A program made the position numbers and the translations under genes. This document shows positions 19,822 through 29,583 of a DNA stretch of 64,000 bases, one piece after another. A model generated the notes under the pieces. It was not told the origin of the DNA. It was given only the letters and a program-made list of their open reading frames with translations, and made no database searches. The DNA comes from Rubripirellula sp. (GTDB taxonomy: Bacteria; Planctomycetota; Planctomycetia; Pirellulales; Pirellulaceae). The DNA lies in the NCBI GenBank assembly GCA_965216875.1, contig OZ244207.1:192001-256000 (forward strand), given 5' to 3'. The first letter of the stretch is position 1. Each line of letters opens with the position of its first letter.

Positions 19822-20375
19822 GTGCCGGTGTTGTCGATGTTCGATCATCAACCGAGGTTGATCGTGACGCCATTTGGGAAGTCCATCTCAATGCATTCGG
19901 TGCCGAGGAAGGACCGGTCATCGTTGAGCTCGTCCGTGAATTATTGCAGGACGAAACCGCATCGCCATTACATTCACTTGTCGCCGAGTCGGACACGGGG
20001 ATCGTCGGTCATGTCCTCTTCACTGCGGTCACGCTCGATCGTGATCAAGGCGTTGCCGCGAGTATCCTAGCGCCGTTGGCTGTCACGCCACCGATGCATG
20101 GGCAAGGGGTGGGCCGCACGCTGGTCGAGAAAGGATTGCGACAACTCGAGGCGGCAGGTGTGGAACTGGTTTTTGTACTCGGCTATCCCGGCTACTACAC
20201 GCGGTTCGGATTTCAGCCCGCAGGTGCACAAGGATTCGATGCGCCTTACCCGATCGCGGATCAGAATGCGGATGCTTGGATGGTCAAAGGACTCACCGAT
20301 AAGGCAATGGAATCACACGCTGGAACCGTGCGGTGCGCAAAGAGCCTGGATGACGAAAAGTTGTGGGTCGAGTGA
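19818..20375 (+). CDS. GNAT N-acetyltransferase (YhbS-like)
   Basis: LAPLAVTPPMHGQGVGRTLV, VLGYPGYYTRFGF. Confidence 0.9.
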   Translation: MSAGVVDVRSSTEVDRDAIWEVHLNAFGAEEGPVIVELVRELLQDETASPLHSLVAESDTGIVGHVLFTAVTLDRDQGVAASILAPLAVTPPMHGQGVGRTLVEKGLRQLEAAGVELVFVLGYPGYYTRFGFQPAGAQGFDAPYPIADQNADAWMVKGLTDKAMESHAGTVRCAKSLDDEKLWVE

Positions 20376-20411
20376 ACGCGGTTGCCCGACCGCTTTATCG
20401 CTGACGCTTCG

Positions 20412-21368
20412 TCAAGCGTTGTGATCGAGCAGGAACTCCGCCGCCACGATCGAAGCGGCGACGAGGTCATCGATCACCGAATACCAATGGGCGGGTAGAT
20501 CACTCGATTGACTTGACTCGATCAGCGTGCTGGTTGGTCCGTCCCAACCGTACCTTTCGGCTGACAACGCAGGATCGCTTGATGATTGCCACGCCAATTC
20601 AAATAGGGCGCTAATCCACATGCCCTTGTCGCCAATGGTCGGGAACCCGTCGATCCAATCACGCCACACGACTTGGTTCACGTCGGCAGGTAAGCCGTAG
20701 AGCGTCTGGCCGGCGCGGCCAGCCAACGAGAAGAACGAGGTGACGCTTGTGATACGTCGATGGGGTGGTCCGCCTGCGTAGACAAAGTAGCTGCGTTCGA
20801 CTCCGTGCCGCATGGCGACAGGTTGGCCGTCCGAGAAAAGGACAGGTTTGCCGGTAACGTTTTGGATGGGCGTCTCGCCGACGATCGGAGAATAGGTCGC
20901 ATCGCCAAGTTCAAGTTGGCTCGCAACGTCAAGAAACTTGAGGCGATAACTCTTGTCGGACTCGGGAGCCAGATCGGATACGACCGTTTCGGTTTCGCCC
21001 TCTCTGCGAAGGAATTGCTGTTGTGGCCAGCTGCATGGTCCGCCCCCCATTGCGATCGGTTCCATCCCATCGACCGCCGACGGATAGGGCCCGTCAGGAC
21101 GCGCGGGCCATTGCGGAACGATCGAGTGAGTGATGACGCACTTGAGCGTTTCGTGTTCGTCCGAGCATTGAACAAAGGATTGGCGAATGTCGTCGAGTGT
21201 CGAACGCCACGATGACGAAACGGACGAATGCAGCGGACGAAATCGTTCGATTGCCTCGATCATGATTTCCGGCGGGATTTCGTCGCGTGTTTCGCTATTC
21301 TGTTTCGACGAGTCCGGGTTCATGTGTGGTTTTTCCGAGGCTGCAACGCGAGTGTTAAGAACCATCAA
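20412..21368 (-). CDS. Hypothetical protein
   Basis: 318-aa ORF filling the gap between neighbours. No motif recognised and start uncertain. Confidence 0.55.
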   Translation of the reverse strand: MMVLNTRVAASEKPHMNPDSSKQNSETRDEIPPEIMIEAIERFRPLHSSVSSSWRSTLDDIRQSFVQCSDEHETLKCVITHSIVPQWPARPDGPYPSAVDGMEPIAMGGGPCSWPQQQFLRREGETETVVSDLAPESDKSYRLKFLDVASQLELGDATYSPIVGETPIQNVTGKPVLFSDGQPVAMRHGVERSYFVYAGGPPHRRITSVTSFFSLAGRAGQTLYGLPADVNQVVWRDWIDGFPTIGDKGMWISALFELAWQSSSDPALSAERYGWDGPTSTLIESSQSSDLPAHWYSVIDDLVAASIVAAEFLLDHNA

Positions 21369-21491
21369 CCGGCATTCTCAACGAACCGGCATTTTTGCAC
21401 CACCGGCACTAATATGGAAACGCGATGGCGAAGCGGGGCAAGCCGCTGAAGCGAGTGCGATGGGGCTTGCCAGCCGGGACGGCCGGGATTT

Positions 21492-22205
21492 CTATTCACT
21501 GACCGGTTCGAGTCCAACACCGAGTTCTTGGGCCGTCACGGTGACGAGTTCTTGATACATCGCGCGGACTTTACCGCGGTCAACGGCTTCCTCTTCCCCC
21601 GTGAAATACTCGTCCCATTCAGCTAGCCACTTACCGTCGTCGTCCTCGTCGCCAACGAAGGCGTCGCGGTAGTGATGTGACTCGGTTTTCAGCTGCGCGT
21701 CTTTGCCGTCGCCGCGGTACATTGCAAAGCAGGTGCCCATGAATTCGTTGTACTTGTCCAAGAAGTTGGGCGAAAAAAGAGGCGCATAGACGTGAGCGAT
21801 TTTGTCGAGGTCGCGTTTCATGTCGACGATCTCGGTGGGGTTGTGGTCCTTCCACGACCCAATGCGCATGAAGTAGCACATCATTTCGTTCAAGTCTGGA
21901 GTGAGTTTCTCGTAGACCTCCAGTCGTTTTTCAATCACCTTTTGGTTGGACCATTGGCGATGTTCGAACTCCTTGATGCGCCGGTCCATCCAAACACCGA
22001 CGAACAAGAGTGCCGCAGGGATCAAAAGTCCAACCGCAAGCTTGACCGCCTCAAGGCTATTCCAATCATCTGAAACGATCTTGATCGTGTGGTCCACTTC
22101 GGTTGCAGCATGAGCGACGTTGGGAGTCGCGGTGACAACCAGGATCGTGATCAAAGCAAGCGATAAGCGTTTGGTCGTCGCGTTGATGAAGGTGTTCAAT
22201 GCCAT
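21492..22205 (-). CDS. Hypothetical membrane protein
   Basis: Signal-like N-terminus, TM LAVGLLIPAALLFVGVWM, helical soluble domain. Confidence 0.7.
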   Translation of the reverse strand: MALNTFINATTKRLSLALITILVVTATPNVAHAATEVDHTIKIVSDDWNSLEAVKLAVGLLIPAALLFVGVWMDRRIKEFEHRQWSNQKVIEKRLEVYEKLTPDLNEMMCYFMRIGSWKDHNPTEIVDMKRDLDKIAHVYAPLFSPNFLDKYNEFMGTCFAMYRGDGKDAQLKTESHHYRDAFVGDEDDDGKWLAEWDEYFTGEEEAVDRGKVRAMYQELVTVTAQELGVGLEPVSE

Positions 22206-22260
22206 TGTCGATTAGTCTGGACAGAGGATTCGTTCGTTTGCGGTCGAGATGACGATAGCG

Positions 22261-23988
22261 TCACGCGGTTTCAAATTCAATCAAATAACGAAGTCGACTT
22301 TGATCAGGGCGGTAGACGATGAATTCATTGTCATCGACGCCGGAATGGTCCGCTTTACCGAAGACACTGTGATGCCCCCGTGGTGGTTTGGCGAATCCTT
22401 TGACTCGGTCAGGGACGTGCGATGTCCCAAGGACAACGTCGGCGGCAAACATAAACGCTTTGCGCCCGCGCACCGCTCCCACTCGACCGGCTTCGGTGGA
22501 TCCCTTGGCGTTGCTGTAGTTGGCAGCCTTTTTCCAGTCGTCGGCAAAGTAGATGCCCGGACCGAACTTTGCGCCAGTCAGGGTGACCGCGACGAGCGTC
22601 TCCGGCATGCGAAGCGATTCACGCAGGATGGCGTTGACATTGACACTGCGTGTTCCGTGAAGCAGGAGAGCTGTATTTGATTGTTTGTAGTCGTTTCGCT
22701 GTTTCGTCGGGACGTCCAAGCGGCGTTTCATTTGATGCGACGGACCATGACTAAGGTCGACGTCGCTTTTGAGGATCCGCTTTTGCGTTTTCGGTATGAA
22801 GTTCTCGGAAGCCTTGCGGTCAACTGCCCAAAGGTTGCGAATCGTCATCCCTTTCATCCTCTTGTGTCGATTGGCCGTTGCGTTGGGCCACCACTGATAG
22901 AGCGATTTGCCGACCTTCGATTCGGGGTCGATCCAGCACATGTCGAGTTCCATCTCTGCGAGCATGTCGGCGTCGTCGTGGACATCGGCATCGATCGTGC
23001 GCAGCGCGTTTTCGAATGCATCGAGGTCGTCAATCCAGTTCTGGATGTTGTCTTGGGACAAGACCCAAGTTGACGGATCGGCGTTGACCTTTTTCTTGCG
23101 CGGGATACGGCTGAACATCAATCCGGTCAACTGCATCAGTTTCTTGTCGTTGATCTGAGTTTCAAGATCGTTGTCAATCGATGCGATTCGCGTGCTCGCT
23201 TCGCCGAGGATGCTGCGAGCTTCATCGACAGCAACTTGGGTCGGAATACTACTGTCGGCCATGTTTCGCCGGGTGTATTCGACGGTCGCTTTGCGTAAAT
23301 CGCGAAGCAGTTTAAGCGTTTTGGGGTCGCCACGTTTTTCGCCCGCACCGTTGTGGCAGGCGACCGTTTTGGGCTGGTCTGTGCGTGGGGCGACTATGTT
23401 ACGAGCATCGGGAAGGCCTGTTGAACGCGTGGCCATGGGGCGAACGAGGTAGCAATCCTTCCCTTTTTTGGCCCGCAGGGTTCGAATGCCAGCGACCGTG
23501 ACCCACTCACCGCGCTTGTCGTTCTTGGCATGAAGCTGTTTCGCAAACACGCCGCGCGCGTCCACCTCGGACTGGCAAGCAATGAATTGAAAGCTGCATG
23601 TCGCGCCGCCGGTTCGTCCCCATTCAAAGTACGTGTACCAGTTCTTTGACTTGCGATGCTGAACCACTGCACCGTGATAGTATTTGTTGCTGTCCTTTCC
23701 GTCTTGTTGGAAGCAACCCAGGTCACAGATGCGAACGTTATCGAGTTCGCCGTCTTTGGTTGCAGGCGGGCCGAAGCAGACAAAGTCTTTCGCTGTTGCG
23801 TCTTCCGGATACGTTTCGCGAGGGAGCTTTTTGGGCAGGCCGCTAAAGTCTGGCGACTCAAGCACTTTAGGAAGCCGAACGCCTTTCGCGGATCGCTTCG
23901 CTTTGGGTTGGGCCGCCGACTTGGTTTTGCGATTCTTGCGAGTGGACTTCGTTGCCACCTTCTTTTTCGCCGCTCGTTTCTTCGCCAT
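22261..23988 (-). CDS. Poly(ADP-ribose) polymerase-like protein: Lys-rich tail, WGR, helical and PARP catalytic domains
   Basis: NKYY...FEWGRTG (WGR); LMQLTGLMFSRIPR (regulatory-like); LLLHGTR, GAKFGPGIYFADDWKKAANYS, DNEFIVYRPDQSRLRYLIEF (H-Y-E triad). Confidence 0.88.
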   Translation of the reverse strand: MAKKRAAKKKVATKSTRKNRKTKSAAQPKAKRSAKGVRLPKVLESPDFSGLPKKLPRETYPEDATAKDFVCFGPPATKDGELDNVRICDLGCFQQDGKDSNKYYHGAVVQHRKSKNWYTYFEWGRTGGATCSFQFIACQSEVDARGVFAKQLHAKNDKRGEWVTVAGIRTLRAKKGKDCYLVRPMATRSTGLPDARNIVAPRTDQPKTVACHNGAGEKRGDPKTLKLLRDLRKATVEYTRRNMADSSIPTQVAVDEARSILGEASTRIASIDNDLETQINDKKLMQLTGLMFSRIPRKKKVNADPSTWVLSQDNIQNWIDDLDAFENALRTIDADVHDDADMLAEMELDMCWIDPESKVGKSLYQWWPNATANRHKRMKGMTIRNLWAVDRKASENFIPKTQKRILKSDVDLSHGPSHQMKRRLDVPTKQRNDYKQSNTALLLHGTRSVNVNAILRESLRMPETLVAVTLTGAKFGPGIYFADDWKKAANYSNAKGSTEAGRVGAVRGRKAFMFAADVVLGTSHVPDRVKGFAKPPRGHHSVFGKADHSGVDDNEFIVYRPDQSRLRYLIEFETA

Positions 23989-24050
23989 TGTCAATCAACG
24001 CTGTAAGTTTGCTTTAGATACGTTTGTTGGGGCGTCCCGACCGTTTACGA

Positions 24051-24524
24051 CTATGCGAAATCGTAAACGTAGGTGTCGGTTGAAGGGCAAGTCTTGATGA
24101 TGATTGGTTCGATCAATTCCCACTTACCGCCAGCGAGTCCACAACCGATGCGAGGCATGTGGATCGAGCTGTTTTCTTTGACCGCGAACTGCGCGACCTT
24201 CTCCAAACAAGATTCGACCGCGTCATAGCGGATCGGTGGACGACCGGTTGAAGAACGCCGAATGCCTCGCTGTCCGATCATGTTGGCAATCCACAACTCC
24301 GATTCGACCGACACCAGCTGGACGGCTCCCAGTGCGAAATCGTTGTGGTCGCGATCGGCGTACCATTGCCGATAAGCTGCTTCTGGTTCCTTCCAGCGTT
24401 TGGAAATCGCCAACACGAACCCCGCGCCCCAACCACCAATGTCATTGCAAATGTGGACGATGATTTTGGGACCCGCGATTTGAGGTGCCGTTGCGTCACC
24501 GGTTAGATAGGTAATACGGTTCAT
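24051..24524 (-). CDS. Macrodomain ADP-ribose hydrolase (Appr-1''-p / TARG1-Poa1-like)
   Basis: ATG 24524: ITYLTGDAT, IIVHICNDIGGWGAGFV, IHMPRIGCGLAGGKW. Confidence 0.9.
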   Translation of the reverse strand: MNRITYLTGDATAPQIAGPKIIVHICNDIGGWGAGFVLAISKRWKEPEAAYRQWYADRDHNDFALGAVQLVSVESELWIANMIGQRGIRRSSTGRPPIRYDAVESCLEKVAQFAVKENSSIHMPRIGCGLAGGKWELIEPIIIKTCPSTDTYVYDFA

Positions 24525-24693
24525 CGTTTGAATATTGCGTTGCCTTTGATGCACGTTTGCCCGCCAAGATTGTATCGGCAAAACGGTGGCTGCTGGGCAA
24601 GAGCGTGGATTCTTGGTGATCCCGTCATGTCCCGCAAAAACGTTCGGTACGGCGGAAGCCGCTCTGACCAATCGGTGCAAGCAACCGCGGGGG

Positions 24694-25743
24694 CTACAGC
24701 CGCTCAGCAAACTGGGGATGCCAGGGCTGTTTAAGGTCGGCGCAGATGTTTCGCAGCTTTTCGGTCCAGTTTGCGGCGGCTTGTTGGTCGCCGGTCGCTT
24801 CAAACAGCTCGATCAAGTCGAGTGCCCCGCACGCCTGCTCCCAGCACCTGCCTTTTCCCGCACAGGCTTCTTGTTGAGCCTCACGAACCTTGATCGCCTC
24901 GGTTTGGTTGCCTTGTGCAAGCCAGTATTCTGCGAGGCCGTCATAACACTCGCGAATCAATTCAAGATCGGTGAACTTCATCACCGATCGGTAGGCCACG
25001 CCCGCCGTCGTCTCGTCACCCAAGTGTACGAGCGCTGCAGCTCGCAGGGCCAGAAGTGCAGTGCGCGTGGGCGATTCTTCCACATTTCCCGACAGTGCAG
25101 CATCCGCATTGCTTAGAACGTTGTCCCATTGGCATTGCCGGTAGGCCAAGTGGGCTTCGGCAAGGTGATACCCCGCCATGTAGAACCAACCCGATTCAAA
25201 GAGTTGCGCCTCGGCCGCGAGTCGCCGCTGTGCCATCAACGCCTGGGCTTGCTCATACTCACCCAGACTCGCATGACACCGAATCATGGTCGAAAGAAAG
25301 ACGCAGGCGTGGTCGGATCGTGGCTGACAACTCTCTCGCAAGTGGGCACATGCGGCTTCAATTTCTTTGCGCATCCCATACGGATCTTTCTCGGCCAAAC
25401 GCGACGCAAGGAGATTGTTGGACATGATGCCCATCGGCGTGAACGAGTATTTGGATTCACGCGATTCCAATGCAACGTGAACGAGCAGGTCGTAACTCTT
25501 GTCCAACTCGCCGATATCCGAAAGTGTCTTTTGGATCCAGAGGTCGGCCCAGAGTGACATCACCTCGTCGCCAAGTTTTTCGGCAAGAGCCTTGGCAGTC
25601 TCGAGATAGCGGCGAGTGGCGCGAGGGTCATCTTCAGCCCAACTCATCGCAAACTGCTCGAACATCATTTCCACTTCCGGTGGGCAATTCGGTTCGCTCA
25701 TCATTTCCGTTTCGCGAACTTCGTACCAATCGAAAATATTCAT
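24694..25743 (-). CDS. All-helical TPR-like hypothetical protein
   Basis: Helical repeats such as ASLGEYEQAQALM, VHLGDETTAG, LAQGNQTEAI, EATGDQQAAANW. Confidence 0.6.
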   Translation of the reverse strand: MNIFDWYEVRETEMMSEPNCPPEVEMMFEQFAMSWAEDDPRATRRYLETAKALAEKLGDEVMSLWADLWIQKTLSDIGELDKSYDLLVHVALESRESKYSFTPMGIMSNNLLASRLAEKDPYGMRKEIEAACAHLRESCQPRSDHACVFLSTMIRCHASLGEYEQAQALMAQRRLAAEAQLFESGWFYMAGYHLAEAHLAYRQCQWDNVLSNADAALSGNVEESPTRTALLALRAAALVHLGDETTAGVAYRSVMKFTDLELIRECYDGLAEYWLAQGNQTEAIKVREAQQEACAGKGRCWEQACGALDLIELFEATGDQQAAANWTEKLRNICADLKQPWHPQFAERL

Positions 25744-26059
25744 CGCAACCTGTCTCCGGAAGTGGCCCAATAAGCTGCCTTGATGGTGGCGTCCCGCGAG
25801 GCGGATGAAAAGGTGGGGCTCCTATTTTGTCGTCGTGGACGTCCGGATCTTCGCGAACCCGCGCGAATCTCAGCACCTCTTTCATTGCGGGGATCGGTTC
25901 GCCGCCGCAGAGGTGCCCGACCGGCAAAGAAGATAGAGGTGCGCGACCGGCAAAAAGAAGATGACGACCAGAAGGATCAAGAGAATGGGATAGCTGACGA
26001 TAGAAAAGAGAGCCAAGAAGAACAGCGAAGCGGAATGCTGCAAACAAAGCAACTCAGCA

Positions 26060-26311
26060 ATGGCGACCGCTTCGCCGCCTCGCCGAGCGGCAAAGCACAA
26101 ACCGCTCGCGATTGGCATTGTTTCGACCGCCGCGCTGGTGCTGCTACCGAAGTGCCCCGCCTGCTTTGCGGGCTATTTTGCAATTGCGGTCGGCGTGACC
26201 CTCTCGACGACCATGGCAACGATGCTGCAAACAGGCTGCGTCGTTGCACTTTCGGTTGCGATCGGGTTGTCGGTCCGGTCGATCGTCCGTCGTCTCCGAG
26301 CTGACCGATAA
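26060..26311 (+). CDS. Small membrane protein with PKCPAC motif
   Basis: Hydrophobic helices around LLPKCPACF. Confidence 0.55.
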   Translation: MATASPPRRAAKHKPLAIGIVSTAALVLLPKCPACFAGYFAIAVGVTLSTTMATMLQTGCVVALSVAIGLSVRSIVRRLRADR

Positions 26312-26338
26312 GCGATACCCACTCAGAACCAGCTACAA

Positions 26339-26953
26339 CTATTCGCTCTCGCCGTCCGATTTCAAGCGGATCAAAACTTCGTTTCTTCGAAGTGCCGCGG
26401 GAGTGAATGGGGGATCGTAACCAGCGGCTTCGACGGATGGTTCGCCAGAAAGTCCGCGTGACGCCAACCACTTTCTCAATTTTGCTTCCTGCTGTTTCGC
26501 GAGCTTGGTGTCGAGACGTCCCGGAAATCGGATCACCGCGAAGCGGCCGCCGGAGCGTTTGCGGATCTTGACGGCTTCCCCATTCGGTTCAGGGACGCCC
26601 GCAACAGCGACTTCCTTAGGCATCACAAACCCCATCGAGACATCCCGGGCGCCGATCTCGCCCTCCATGAAGACAGGCGTTGTCATTGCAATCTTCTGGT
26701 TGCCTTCATTTTCGCCGCTGATGTAGCGGAACAGACGCATAAAACTACCGTCGCGGCCTTGGGAATCCATTTTCGAGTCGGTCGAAACCAGCATCAAATC
26801 GGGATACTCACGTATTTCGATTTCGCCATCCGATTCGACCACGGAATAGGCTGCTGATTCGTAACCCGCTCGGACGGTCATCGTCCAGGTCGCAGCAGCG
26901 ACTCCGAAAAAGGCGAAGGTAGCTGCTAAATAGAACATACGTCGCTTCATCAC
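26339..26953 (-). CDS. SOUL heme-binding family protein
   Basis: EIREYP, FMRLFRYISGEN...KIAMTTPV, YDPPFTP...RRNEV. Confidence 0.9.
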   Translation of the reverse strand: MMKRRMFYLAATFAFFGVAAATWTMTVRAGYESAAYSVVESDGEIEIREYPDLMLVSTDSKMDSQGRDGSFMRLFRYISGENEGNQKIAMTTPVFMEGEIGARDVSMGFVMPKEVAVAGVPEPNGEAVKIRKRSGGRFAVIRFPGRLDTKLAKQQEAKLRKWLASRGLSGEPSVEAAGYDPPFTPAALRRNEVLIRLKSDGESE

Positions 26954-27080
26954 TCAGACTCCGGCTCAAGGAACTTCTTGTAGAGTGTAGGCGAATGGCT
27001 AGTGCCGCAAGATTTCAGCCGCCACGCTCGACTCAACACATCATTCCGGCCCTACCCGCAAGAGCGTGACTGTGAAGAAC

Positions 27081-28109
27081 TCACGTTTCCGGAGGGAGTG
27101 AGATCGTCCCATTCGTGTTGATCGTTCCAAGCGGCAATCCGTGGAGCGATGGATCGGTGACATGCAAATTGAAAGTGCATCCGGTCGGCTTGAGTTCCAG
27201 TAGCCCTACCGGCTCCCACTCACCCTTTTCTTCACAGTACACCATCCCCTTCGTCGACACTTCTAGTCCTTCAATCGTGACGTTTCGGGTCGACCCTTGG
27301 CCATGTTCCCAGGTCAACGGTGCCATGTTGTAGCGATCGTCTGGGTCGACGCCCTTGATGTGGAGACCCTTGATGCTTGCGTTGACGGTTTTCGAACCTC
27401 CACCCCAGCCGAACTGTAGCGGAGCGCCGTTGCGGTGATGCTCAATCGTGACATTTTCAATGGAGATGTCATGGTAGATCTTGATGCCGTCGTCGCGCGT
27501 GCTGATCAAAGAGTTTCGAATCGACGAGCCAGCGGCGCCAGCGAAACCATCACTGTTATTGTTGTCACCTTCTCTGGTATCCCGAAGCGTGCACGAGTCA
27601 ACGTGGATCACAGCCTTGTTTGCATAACCCGAGATGATGTAGCCGCGTGGATTACACGCCGTCAGGTTAGAGATGTGGACCGTCGCGTCTGCGAGTACGC
27701 TGATACTGCTGTACTTCCATTTTTCGTTTTCGGGTACACCGTGTTGATCGGTCCACGCCAATTCATCAGTCCCGTAGATCACCGACGTCGTTCGATTCTC
27801 GCCCGTGATTCGTAGCGGGTTCGACTCCTTTCGAAAACCAACGCGAAACCCACCCGTCACTTGAACGTTCGATGCAATCACGACCTGCTTCACTGACGAG
27901 GGAACTTCCCAGAAGAACCCCTCTTTGGACGACGCCATCGCACCGCTTGATCGAAACGTGATCGTTGCGGAGGCGTCGTCCCACTCAACGTGCCCGGAAT
28001 AATCGATGCTGGGTTGCGCCGTCGCCAGAGTACCCGTCGAAAACCATGCGAGGGTTAGCAGAATCAAGCGTTTCATTGCCATCGTCTCACCAATGAGCGT
28101 CGGATTCAT
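27081..28109 (-). CDS. Secreted parallel beta-helix (pectin lyase-like fold) putative glycosidase
   Basis: Signal peptide, NNSDGF...ISTRDDGIKI (GH28-like motifs), NVTIE repeats. Confidence 0.6.
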   Translation of the reverse strand: MNPTLIGETMAMKRLILLTLAWFSTGTLATAQPSIDYSGHVEWDDASATITFRSSGAMASSKEGFFWEVPSSVKQVVIASNVQVTGGFRVGFRKESNPLRITGENRTTSVIYGTDELAWTDQHGVPENEKWKYSSISVLADATVHISNLTACNPRGYIISGYANKAVIHVDSCTLRDTREGDNNNSDGFAGAAGSSIRNSLISTRDDGIKIYHDISIENVTIEHHRNGAPLQFGWGGGSKTVNASIKGLHIKGVDPDDRYNMAPLTWEHGQGSTRNVTIEGLEVSTKGMVYCEEKGEWEPVGLLELKPTGCTFNLHVTDPSLHGLPLGTINTNGTISLPPET

Positions 28110-28413
28110 TCAACGGTGTACAGTCGTGTGTGCTAAGGCGACCTGAGTTGGGGCAGGACATTAAAAACGAAAGTGTTGCACTCGTGTCAGAATCAGTGCG
28201 CAATGGGCGCCGATTTCATCGGTTTTGACAAAGTTCCTTACTGCCGAGAATGGCATTCTCAATGAGTGGCCCAAGTTTCCGGCGACGAGGCTGATATGAT
28301 CGGAGCTTCGCACGGTGCCGACTTCACCAAAACGAGGCGCGACCAAAGGCATGGTGACCACCAAGGATGTTTCCATTGATCGCGAAACGGACCACTCACG
28401 GAGAAGCTTGCTG

Positions 28414-29556
28414 ATGCCACCACGAAGACTGACGTTATTGCTGGCTGTTGTTCTGTGCCAACTCCTCGCTGGTGTTGCGTTTGCCCAAAAGGTCTCGTTG
28501 AAAGACAAGCTTGATGGTCTCGTCGAGGACGGCACGTTGATCGCTGCCCAGGTCGTGACCGGACAGGGCAATCAAATCGGCCTTGATTACGCCGTGGGTG
28601 TCACGAGCCCAAGCGGCAACAAGCAAGTCGACAACGATACCCTGTTTTGCATCGGTTCATGTTCCAAGCCGTTTGCCTCTGCCATCGTGATGTCGCTTGT
28701 CGACGAAGGCCTGATCGACTTGGAACAACCAATTGACAAACAGCTTTCGAAGTTCGGGGCGTTGAAACTTGCCGATGGAACACCGAGTGCCCGTGCGCCA
28801 AACATGCGCGAACTGCTGGCGCATCGCGCGGGTATCTATTCTCAAAAACGGGGTATGAACAAACGGCAAGCTAGATGGATACGAGATTTCAATCAAACGC
28901 TTAATGAATCGGTGGATGGCATCGCGGGCGAAGGGCTTATCTACGAGCCGGGTGCCGAGTACGCCTATAGTGGCGCTGGATATTGTGTCGCCGGACGTGT
29001 GGGCGAGGTGGCCAGTGGCAAGACGTTTGAAGATCTATTGCAAAGCCGAATCGCAAAGCCGCTCGGACTCCAACGTACGACGTATTTCCCTGCCGCAAAC
29101 GACAAGAACGTTGCCGCAGGCGGTCGCAATGGCAAACCCAATCCTGCGACGCCACATTTGGCGAAGCCAAAGCTGCGTTTCACACTCGTCGGTGGCTCTC
29201 TCTATTCGACCGCGCGCGAAAGCTCTCGTTTTTTGAGAATGACGGCCCAACGCGGTGAGTACGACAACAATACTGTCATCAAGAAAAAGACGTGGGGCGA
29301 ATGGATTTCACGCCCGTACGATGGGAATTATGGTTACGGTTGGATCTCGCTTGGCCAAGAGATACCACCAACAGATCGCGTTCTCACCCATTCGGGAAGC
29401 CTCGCGTCGTCACGAAGTTGTATGATCGTTTCGCTCAAGCTCGGGGTCTACGGTGCCGTTCACTACACGGTCGGCGAGGGGGCGAAAAACCTTGATCCCG
29501 AAATACGCAGAGCTTTGAGTGACGAGTTATTTCGACTCGCCAAAGTGGATCAATGA
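28414..29556 (+). CDS. Serine hydrolase, beta-lactamase class C-like
   Basis: FCIGSCSK (SxxK), LLAHRAG, PGAEYAYSG, HSGS. Confidence 0.88.
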   Translation: MPPRRLTLLLAVVLCQLLAGVAFAQKVSLKDKLDGLVEDGTLIAAQVVTGQGNQIGLDYAVGVTSPSGNKQVDNDTLFCIGSCSKPFASAIVMSLVDEGLIDLEQPIDKQLSKFGALKLADGTPSARAPNMRELLAHRAGIYSQKRGMNKRQARWIRDFNQTLNESVDGIAGEGLIYEPGAEYAYSGAGYCVAGRVGEVASGKTFEDLLQSRIAKPLGLQRTTYFPAANDKNVAAGGRNGKPNPATPHLAKPKLRFTLVGGSLYSTARESSRFLRMTAQRGEYDNNTVIKKKTWGEWISRPYDGNYGYGWISLGQEIPPTDRVLTHSGSLASSRSCMIVSLKLGVYGAVHYTVGEGAKNLDPEIRRALSDELFRLAKVDQ

Positions 29557-29583
29557 ACCAAGTCGAATCAATAGGATGATCAC

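Noticed and set aside
22261..24524. DarTG toxin-antitoxin
   Set aside because: The transferase has WGR, helical and PARP domains, unlike compact DarT, and the macro protein lacks DarG's C-terminal domain.
25882..26118. Minus-strand 78-aa hydrophobic ORF
   Set aside because: Overlaps the better-supported PKCPAC ORF and has no credible start. A short remnant cannot be excluded.
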